DNA from: Octopus vulgaris
Taxonomy: Eukaryota
Direction: 5' to 3'
Length of the DNA stretch: 64,000 nucleotides
NCBI GenBank assembly: GCA_951406725.2
Contig: OX597815.1
Span: 69,068,001-69,132,000 of the forward strand
Position 1 is the first letter of the stretch. Every line of letters starts with the position of its first letter. A model generated the notes under the pieces. That model was not told the origin of the DNA and searched no databases. It saw only the letters and a list, made by a program, of their open reading frames with translations. The position numbers were made by a program, and so were the translations under genes. Of this stretch, positions 53,876-64,000 are shown piece by piece.

Positions 53876-54106
53876 TTAACCCTTCAACATTGAGATTATT
53901 CTGTCTAATGTAATGCTAATGTATTCACATCATTTTATATTAATCATGCATTATTTCATAACATTGAGATTTCAATGATGTGATTGTTTATTTTTAAAAC
54001 AACACTGTAGGGTAGGTGTGACAGGCTAGATCTGTTCGGTTGGAAGATAAAAAAAAATTTTTTATATTTTGGCCGGATATGGCTGGTTTAAATGCTAAAG
54101 AGTTAA
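53876..54106. mobile_element. piggyBac-like MITE, family A
   Basis: TTAA-CCCTTC ... AAAGAG-TTAA. Confidence 0.72.
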
Positions 54107-54382
<276 letters not shown>

Positions 54383-57300
54383 TGAGTTTCAACACACACA
54401 CCCTATATTATTATTATTATTGCTTTTGCCCTTTCTATAAACTTCATTCCACTTGAAGAATTTGTTCTGAATTATAATTTTGTTTTTTTACAAGCAGGCA
54501 GAATTGTTAGCATGTCAGACAAAATGTTTAGTGGCATTTCTTCTGGCTTTTTAACATTCTGAGATCAAATCTCACTGAGGTTGACTTTGCCCTTCATCCT
54601 TTCAGGGTCAGTAAAATAAGTTTTTGTTGAACATAGGGGTCAATTAATCAACTTGCCTTCACCCACCAAAATTGTTGACCTTGTGCCAAAATTAGAATTT
54701 TCTTTTTAACCTTCAATTTGATTGAATTATTGGGCTGTTTAGAAATATACTTTCAGTTTATAACACATAAAAAACTTATTTTAGTAACATTAGAAATTAG
54801 TTTGGTGTCATCCATGTGATTACTGTTTACATAGAATTAGTAAAAGTTGCAGTTACTAAATTATTTCAACATTTTTGTTCTTGCTGCATACATTTTGTCT
54901 AATATGGTAAATTTAGTTATTGTAATAATTATACAGGTACAAATGTGGCTTTGTGCTTAAGAAGCTTGCTTCCTAATGACATGGTTTTGAGTTCAGTCTC
55001 ACTATGTGGCACTTTTATATATATAAAATGTGTGTGTATGTTTGTGTCTGCTTGTCTTGACATTGCCTGATAGTTGTAAATGAGTGTCACTGTCATACAA
55101 GCAGTGTTGTCCATTTCCAATATTCTACAAAAATATGTCTGGCCACAGAGAAATAATATCTTGTTTGGAAACAGGTGAAGCTTAGTGACAGGAAAGGCAT
55201 TTGGCTGTAGAAAAAAATCTGCCTCTGTAAACTGTCTGACTCATCTAAGCGTGGAAAATTGGACATTAAAATGATGATGATTGTGAAATAACCAGGCATT
55301 TTGTTGTCATTCCCTGCCTCAGCTAAGATAATCCTAAAGTTAGAATATTTTATACCTTTTTTGCAGTCATGAGTGGTTTGGATGAAACTTTTTAATCAAC
55401 AGTTGAAATTAAGTTAGAAAATTTGCCCCGTTAAGAGCTTATCTCTTCCAGCATTCAACTGTCCTAGTGATATTTCAAAACTTTCTTTAAAAGCATAATA
55501 ATAATAATGATAATCACTTAGTTTTTACATCTTGTATTTGATGATGTAACTTTCAGGTGAAATTACTTTGAACTTAAAATTAATATTTTGCTTGAAGTTC
55601 AATAGTTGAATAAATTGGTTTGCCATTGGGGAAGAGGTGGGAAAAAAGATTACCAACCCACCCTCAAGTACCCCTGTTTCTTTGATACAGACTTCTAAAT
55701 TATCTCCATCAAAAATTCATGTTAGCTTATGTTCCAAATACCAACTTAGTAATGGCATAGTTATTTTACTAAAGTCTTCGTTATTTTCAAAATTAATTGA
55801 CAGTATATTTCAATAGAAATATGGCAACAAAAGGGTTACTCAGAGAGATGTTTTCTGATGATACTAAATAAATAGATTAGAAATAATGAGGCTAATTCTC
55901 TTAAGACCTAATGTTTTTCATTTTTTTTGGTATTTTAACTATTTGTATTGACTGTTATGTTGTCTTTTATTTAGGCTTTTCTAACAGCTTTACACTCTCC
56001 CTCACACACTCTGACTTATCTGTGTATTAAAAGTTGTTACTAAAGCAAGCTTTTCCTTCCTTCCTCTTACATCGTATTGTAACTTTTATTGTAAAAAAAA
56101 GCTATTTTCTTTGTTTCTTTATCAAATTAACATATTAAAACTGTGTTTTGCAAATATCATTAATTTATCCTGAGTATTTGAATATGTTAAAGACAAAACA
56201 AAAACTCCACCAATTTTATGGCGATTAAAATACAATTTCCTAAGATATTTAAGACAAAAGCATGGCTGGGTTCAGTCCCACTGTTTGGTACCTTGGGCCA
56301 ATACCATGTGATTGAATTTGGTAGATGGAAACTGTGTGGAAACTTACATTTATCTATATCATCAACATCACTTTTACATCTGCTTTTCATGCTGGCATGG
56401 GTTGCACACACTCATGTATGCCTGTGTGTGTGTCTCTCCTTGTCATGGAATTTTGCACATTGATTGTAAAATCCCTGTTCATTCAAAAATGATGTAATTT
56501 CTGTGCAATCTTCTGTAACAACATGTACTGATCTGTTTGTTGTTCAAATAACCAGGAGAAACAGGTGAGGGTTGGTAACAGGAAGGGCTACCAGTTGTAG
56601 AAAGTCTGCATCATTAAACTCAGTCTGACCCCATGCAAGCATGAAAGATGTATAAAATGATAAGATGATGAAAATGATTTAAATATTTCCAGTGTCTCAC
56701 ACCTTATCTACACTGCTTCTATTTGTTGTTATTCACAAATTTTAACTGTTTGTACTTTTTAAAATTTATTTTTATATTTCTTGTTTCAATACAATATCAG
56801 CAATTAATTAATATAACCATAATACAACACCCTTTTTCTTTTGAAGTTGTTTGAAATTTCTAATTGTGTTTGTGTGAGTGTGTAAGTCAATATTTTTATC
56901 CCTTAGTCAGTCTATAATTTGGTGAATGTATATACTCTGGTAAGTATATATTTGTATCTCAAATGAGCTGGTTACTTAAAGTATTATAATTTTATATGCT
57001 TTTGATATAAATTTCATTTAAAAACATATCTACTTTTATTTTATAATTACATTTTATAGATGCTTGATACACATGTTTATTTCCAGGGTTTCATTTAAGG
57101 GAAGTCTCTCTATGATTCTTAAAAAGCAACAATCTACTTTTCCTTAATTGTTTAAAATTCCTTTAGCTAACTCAGGGTCTGAAAATTGGATCTGAAAATA
57201 CTCCTGCTAAGCCTCTGGGTTCTCTATCCCCATGTACCCCCATGCACTCTGCTTATACATCCCACTGGTCATTGAGGTTCAACATCCTTCATTTACTCTC

Positions 57301-58877
57301 ATCATTTATCTACCTCTTGCTATCCATTACTATCTCATTTTATCCTTTCTAGCACTGGTGCTTTATAAAATGCACTCTGTATGTTGTAAGATGGTTGGTG
57401 TTTGGAAGGGTATTTGGTCATAGAAACTCAGTTACTCACTACATCCACCTTTCAGTCCTACCCAATTTTTACCTCCCATTACCATATGCTGTCACAACCT
57501 TCACAACTCTCTTCTGCTCACCTCGTTCCTTGAGGGGTCCAGCCAGACATCTCATCACACTATTTTATCTCTTTCCAGCTTCACTGTATCACTCCCACCC
57601 TCTCTTCTAAAATCTAAGTAACCATGTAGCTTACTCTACAGTTAGAAACCTGATCTGCTGTGGTCCCTTCCCTTATCTCTTTGCATAAAGCCACCCCATT
57701 CATGGCTGTAAAGTGTTTCATGTTAGGAAAGGTATTTGGCTATAGAAACCATGCCAAAGTATGATGCTATCCTTGGACCCAATAGATCCTGTGAAATCAC
57801 CCAACCCAGACCAGCATGGAACATGAATGTTTAATTGACGATGATAATGACCACATGAGAAGATGTCTTGAAATGAAATTATTTTAGATTCAAGGGTTGT
57901 TATATGGACTAACTTTACTTTTGTCTTAGTTCACCCAAGTCAACTCACTTTGTAATTTATTGTTGTTGTAGATTTGTGCTTGAAACAACATTAAATTGCC
58001 TTGAATGTTTTATGTAAATGCCTTAAATTGCAGAGCCATCCAAACCCTGCTGACATATAAAGATGCATATGGAAAAGAGTATAGTGTGTGTGTGTGTGTG
58101 TGTGTGTAAAATAAGGTACAGGCATAGTTGTGTGGTTAAGAATTTCACTTTGCAACCACATGGTTTCAGGTTCAGTCCCACTGTGTGGCACGTTGGGCAA
58201 GTATCTTCTGTCATAGTCCTGGGTTGACCAATGCCTTGTGAATGAATTTAGTAGATGGAAAGTGTGTGGAAACCTATTGTTTATATATGTGTGTCTGTGT
58301 TTGCCCCTTCCTCATTGCATAACAACCAGTGTTGGTTTCTTTGTCTCTGTAACTTAGCAGTTTGGTGAAAGGGACCAACAGAAATAAATGCCAGACTTTA
58401 AAAAAAACAACCCCAAAAACCTAAGTACTGGGGTCAATTTGTTCAAGTAGAACCCTTCAAGGTGGTACCCCAGCATGGCCACAGTCCAGTGACTGAAACA
58501 AAAGATAAAAGGTTTTGTGTGTGTGTGTGTTATATACCATATTTGCATTTATTGGTTAAATTGGTTGTGTGTGTTATATATGCTGTACCTGCATTTATTG
58601 GTTGCATGTGTGTGTAAGCAAAATTTATTGAGAGTTCAAATCTACTGCCCACTTTTTGTTATTTCTGGGTTGGAGACTTCATTTCAAGTGACTCATTTTA
58701 TAGAGCTGTCAAGAATAGAAAATAAGAACCAGATTTTCTGGGAACAGTCTCGAATTTTCCCACAAGAAACAATTCACATTTCTTTGTGAAATCAGCTTTT
58801 TATATTATCATGACATTATATATATATATATATATATATATTGCATTGTTTATTAATTCTTTTCATTGTTCTTTCAG

Positions 58878-59031
58878 ACCTGCAGCACAGCCTTCTCAAC
58901 TGGAACTTCAAAGGCAGCGCAGTATGGAAGTTGCACAGTTATATCGGCAACGTAGACACATTAGCCAAGAAGACACAATTAGTTTAAATACTTCAGGAAG
59001 TGAGAGTTCTGAAGAAACACAACCACCAGCG
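58878..59031 (+). CDS. NEDD4: NEDD4-family exon, post-WW linker: PAAQPSQLELQRQRSMEVAQLYRQRRHISQEDTISLNTSGSESSEETQPPA
   Basis: ttctttcag acceptor, gtaaat donor, phase 2/0; RRHIS motif resembles NEDD4L FRSRRHISED. Confidence 0.9.
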
Positions 59032-61712
59032 GTAAATCACCACCCCTATTCATACACAGACATTGCTAACTTACAATCACTAACTGTTTTCCTGTTCTCA
59101 GCTTTCTTTATTCTCAGACCTGTCTGACAGCAAATTGTCACTTATCCTAGTTCAGTATCATCTTGTCTCTGAGGCTCAATCCTTATATATGTGCTCACCA
59201 CTCTATCCTTTATTTTTTTGTCACCTTTTATCCCAGGTAAACTCTACTTTTAGTTTATAGCATTTAAAACAATTTTTTTTTTTTTATCATTTGCTATAAA
59301 GAATACTGAGTACTTAGAGTGGATAGTATTCAAGGTGGCAGAAGATGATCTTGGGTAAAAGTAGTGAGTCCAGGTATCGGAATTGGGCACCACAAATGAA
59401 ATGACACTGTGTCAAAGCAAGTGGTTATATGCTGTACAGTAGACCTATCTAACCCATGCTAGCATGAAAAGTTGGATGTTTAGATGAAGATGAAAAAGAC
59501 TGAGAAGAGGAAAACAAAATTAGCCTCTTCCTTTATTAAATCTGATGCACAATAACATCAAAATGAGACAATTTGGTGTGGTTGTTTGGATGCTGACCAT
59601 TCAACATAGCCAACTGGACACTCAACCTGTTTTGCTGACTAGTTTTTTGGTGCTGGAATCACAGAAATATATGCATAGAGAGCGAGACTTTACAATTAAT
59701 TGAACACAATTGGCATAAACACTTTCTGCCTCCTCATACATAGGAAGGGAAATACACTTACACATACAAACAGTACAACAGAGAATGAAAGAAACATTAA
59801 AATGTCTGATGTTGAATAAGTCAGTGTCACGTCCGTGATGCCAAATAGGTAGCACCAAAACAGTTGTGCCAAAATATTTCATACCCTAATAACATTGATG
59901 ATCACAATTATCAAATGACCATTTGATAATTCACTGCATTTCTGGCAGCGAAAGTGCTTGGTTGTGCATCTTGGTGCAGTTATTTTTGCCAGTGTTTACA
60001 TGTTTTGATAACATTTAAGACATAAACTGCTTGTAGCTGATGTGCTTTAGGACCTTTTTATGCTGTTCAAACACTTGCCATACTGTAAACTGTAGAAACA
60101 ACTCACTTTCTGTGTAGCCCCAAGATAATTATTGAGTGTGTGATCAAGTCTTGTCTTGAGTGTTACTTGGTAAAAAATGAGCTTTACTCAGTTAACTTGT
60201 TCTAAATAAAATTATATAGTTTTCAAGTAGAGCCCCATATGACTCAAAGAATTGTGAAATTTAAAGCATGCCTGTTTTTTTTTTAATAATGTTATCATTA
60301 CTTTTGTTTTTCTTGTATTGCACAAATTAAATGATTTATTCCATGCCATCTCCTCTAATAAATGTCAGATTTATTGTATTTAGTGTATGAACTTAGATGA
60401 AAATATGACTTGGGTACCTGTTTTCTTCAAAATTGAGGATTATAATGAGAATTGTCAATGTAATTCTCTCATAAGTGTCCACTTCTCTCTCATTTTAATT
60501 AGTTCTTAACTCTGAAATTCCTTTTTGTAATTCTGGAAAAATTTCTTTTGTGTCTTCATGTCAAGGTAAAAATGATCATGTGAATCTTTGAACTTGTGAT
60601 CCACAAGCCAAGTATTAAAGCTATGCATGTAGGTGTTTTCTGATGTATTTGGAGTGTAAGCCTAGGGACACTAACATTTCTCACTCACACAATTCTACAT
60701 TTTTCCAAGTTAACAATGAGGTATAAGTGTCAGGAGTTTTGAGAAAGTTAGCTATGATGGAGTAGTGTTTTACATAGAATGATTAACTCATCTCCATTTA
60801 GCACTGGAAATCTATATGAAGGACTGATCCTATGGGTAGTTGTGATTCATGAAATGTGCTTCAGTTCATGTTGCTCCAGTTTACTCAGCTATGAAAGACT
60901 ACCAGCCTAATGCTGGTGCAGCTCTCTCTTTCTTCAGGTGCCACATCCTTGATGTTTCTCTGGGATGAAGATAGGAATAGTTTAGAGGGTGTCTATGTCT
61001 GCTCAAGACTACACGGGCACCTAAGAAACCAATTAGCAAAAGCATGGTACATACTGCTAGATCATACATGTGTGGGAGTGACAACTATGGAGTTTTAGAT
61101 TCTAGGACAATGATTCCCAAACCTTTCTTCATCTGCTTCTCCTTGACTCTTCACTTCATCTTTACTTTCTCCTATCCTTGAGCATTAACCATAAGGGTAG
61201 AAGGCAGCATAATGCTATCAAAGATAATAATGCATGGGGAGTGATAAAAGCAGTGACACTTCAGAAATGTTTTTACTGAAAAGACAAGTGTTGCTCTAAA
61301 TAGAAGAAAAGTTGCTAAAACTAGATAATTGCAGTTGCTTAGCTGCAGGTCAGCCCTAATCGAATAAATTTATGATCTTTTTTAGGCATAGTATATCTAG
61401 GAATACACTATCCAATGTATCCTTCCTTATTTAAGAATGCTATATAAGGGTATTTGGTTGTTTTTAGGTTGAGTGACTGCATAAAGGCTTCCTCAGCTTT
61501 GTTTGAATAGGAGTAGGAATAGTTGGTGATGGCTAGCTTAGGTGAGGCTACATTTGTAACTTATAGATGGGGAGAGACGGAAGTCTACAAGAGCTATTAC
61601 AGTGCAAAACAAATAAATTAATTTTAAAGAGAATTTAGGCTTGTTAAGGAATACTTGTGATATTTATGTATTGGCTTTTATTGATTTTCTTGTATATATT
61701 TCTATGTTTTAG

Positions 61713-61748
61713 CCTCGAACGTTACAAGAAGAAGATACCAGCTCAACT
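61713..61748 (+). CDS. NEDD4: Probable 36-nt microexon: PRTLQEEDTSST
   Basis: tatgttttag acceptor, gtaagt donor, phase 0/0, open frame, purine-rich GAAGAAGA; no recognisable homology. Confidence 0.7.
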
Positions 61749-62201
61749 GTAAGTATTTGATTATATGAAACTTTAGAGAAGATATATTTTCATTTTTTTC
61801 CCCCCATTCATTGAACTGTATTTGTTTATAAAGTAACAATTACAAATACAACATTTATTTTTCTGGAACTTTTGTTTCCAGTCTTTCTAGATTGTTGATT
61901 TTTCTGAACTAAGAGCAGTCACATTAGCCAATTGTAAATTAAACAAATATTAAATACGGGTATCTGAGAATTAGTGCAGGTGATAAGAGTTTCCAGACTG
62001 TCACTGTCTGGAAAGTTTTTGTTGTACATTATTTGGAAAATTGTTATTTTTTCTTGTTTGAATATAATTTTATTTAATGTAAAAATTTCCTTGAATTTGA
62101 CTAACAACTCTTACATTAGTATTTGTTTAAAACTAAGATTGCTATTATTATGGTAATTATTTAAAATGTCTATTGTAAATGTGCAATTAGCAGGAAAATG
62201 T

Positions 62202-62681
62202 TTAAACTTTTTTGATACCAACTCACCTAAGATTGTGCCTAGCTCTGTAATATGAGCTTCCTGTTGTTAAAGTGATCTAAATTAAAACCTTCCATCCAAA
62301 TTTCATGTCAATTTCTGTTTTAGCTTAACCTTTTGCCTGTCCCAAACATTTTCATGAGTTTGTCTTAAATGTCCATGTTTGTATGTAGACTTTTAGTTAG
62401 CCTTTATGTTATACATTCTGAGTAACATAAAGCTTTCTTTTTCATAAATCCCGAGTTACTCTGGCGATTTAAAAGAATTGAAAATGTTAATCAATTATGA
62501 TGCATGAATGTCTGCGAAATATGTCCCTTGTATCATGATACACAGGACAGGCATAGAGTTAATTTATATTCTAAAACACCAGATTGATAATGACTAAATT
62601 ATTTTATAAATTCATTATTTTCAAAATTAATTGAAACAAAAGCAGTATATTTCAACAGAAATATTGTAATAAAAAGGTTAA
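62202..62681. mobile_element. piggyBac-like MITE family B with a different TTAA element nested at 62325-62562
   Basis: Outer TTAA...AAAGG-TTAA; inner TTAA-CCTTTTGCCTGTCC ... GGACAGGCATAGAG-TTAA. Confidence 0.65.
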
Positions 62682-63947
62682 GGGCTGGCACCAGACTGAT
62701 TTGTATCTTGCATCAGACCAACTACCCCACCCTCCCAAAAAGTGCTTTTCAAAGCGATTTGTGCACCAAAATAATATTTCTTAGTATGTGAGGAAGATAA
62801 CCAAACATTAAAATATAATTTTTTTTCTACAAAGCATGTTTTTGAAGAACAATGGTTTTTTTTACTTGTTTTTATTTTTTCTTAAAATAATATTTTTAAA
62901 GGCTCAGTTGTGGCTGTGTGGTTAAGAAGTTAGCTTCCCAACTACATAGTTTCAGGTTCAGTCCCAATACATGGTACCTTGGGCAAGTGTCTTTTATAGC
63001 CCTGAGCCAACCAAAGTCTTGTGAATGGATTTGGTAGATGGAAACTGAAGTATGCTTGTTCAGTGAGAAAGTGTGTGTGAGAGAGTATGTTTGGGTCTTC
63101 TTGTCTTCACATCACATAAGTTGTGAACGAGTGTCACTATCATACAAGCAGTGTACTTTATTTCCAACCTTCCATGAAAATGTCCCTGGCCATGGGGGAA
63201 TTATTACCTTGCTTGAAAATAGACAGGAAGGGAATCTGGCTGCAGAAAATCTACTCAGCATGTTTGGTTTGCCAAAATCTTACCAGTGTCCAACACAGCA
63301 ACAATAATGGCAAATAGTCACAAATAGATAGTGCTTAACTGCTATTTATTTCCTTGATCTTGAAAGGACAACGAATTGACACTGGCAGGATTTGAACTTT
63401 GGATGTATAGAGGTGTACAGGGTACAAAGCATTTTGTCCAGTTTTCTACTAATTCTGACATTTACTAACCTTATTAGGACTAATAAAAATAATTCTTTCT
63501 AATTTTGGCACATCACCAGCAATTTTACTTAGATCAATCACATTGATCTCAGTACATTATCTTATCAATCCCTGAAACGATTAAAGGCAAATTTGACCAT
63601 GACAAGATTTGAACTTGGAGCATATTTCTGGAGGAAATAACTTTTGTAATGGCTATAAATTTTATAATACTAATATGTAAAATAAGTTTGTTACCTTGGC
63701 CTCATTTTTTTTTTATAAAACTGCAATCTCTCAGGCATAACAGCAGGTTCTGTTACAAGTTGTAAATAAAATTTGAGTATCAAATGAAATCAGTATTATC
63801 TGCACACATATTGTTATAGTTAAAATCTATTGATGTTTCTTTCTCAGTGTCAGAGACAAGTGCTAATTTAATTGGTTCACTGACAAAAATGTGTGAAATA
63901 AAATCTCTTTACATTATACTAACCACATACGTGTGCATGCACGCGCG

Positions 63948-63992
<45 letters not shown>

Positions 63993-64000
63993 TTTCACTC

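Noticed and set aside
59560-60200. Possible ancient LINE remnant on the minus strand
   Set aside because: Too degraded to read a convincing motif

Overview
AT-rich, microsatellite- and SINE-dense eukaryotic genomic DNA; the repeat landscape suggests an octopus/coleoid cephalopod (inference). The window lies inside one large + strand gene for a NEDD4/NEDD4L-type HECT E3 ubiquitin ligase. Nine phase-consistent GT-AG exons (11312-61748) encode most of the C2 domain, two adjacent WW domains and the following linker; the first exon(s) and the HECT domain were not found in the window. Most ORFs in the track are spurious. The introns hold three RTE-clade LINE fragments, decayed DD37D (maT) and DD34D (mariner) transposons, MITEs and many tRNA-derived SINEs. 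Most interesting: (1) several minimal type I hammerhead ribozyme motifs, including a ~350-nt circularly permuted, fold-back retrozyme/Penelope-like unit, with every complete core antisense to the host gene; (2) a 13-unit ~62-bp array in an RTE 3' UTR whose units can each fold into a hairpin plus a compact H-type pseudoknot; (3) a PHD-type finger inserted in the RTE reverse transcriptase; (4) an extra WW domain on a frame-symmetric exon; (5) two exact short local copies that look like templated insertions. All structures were read by eye and are uncomputed.
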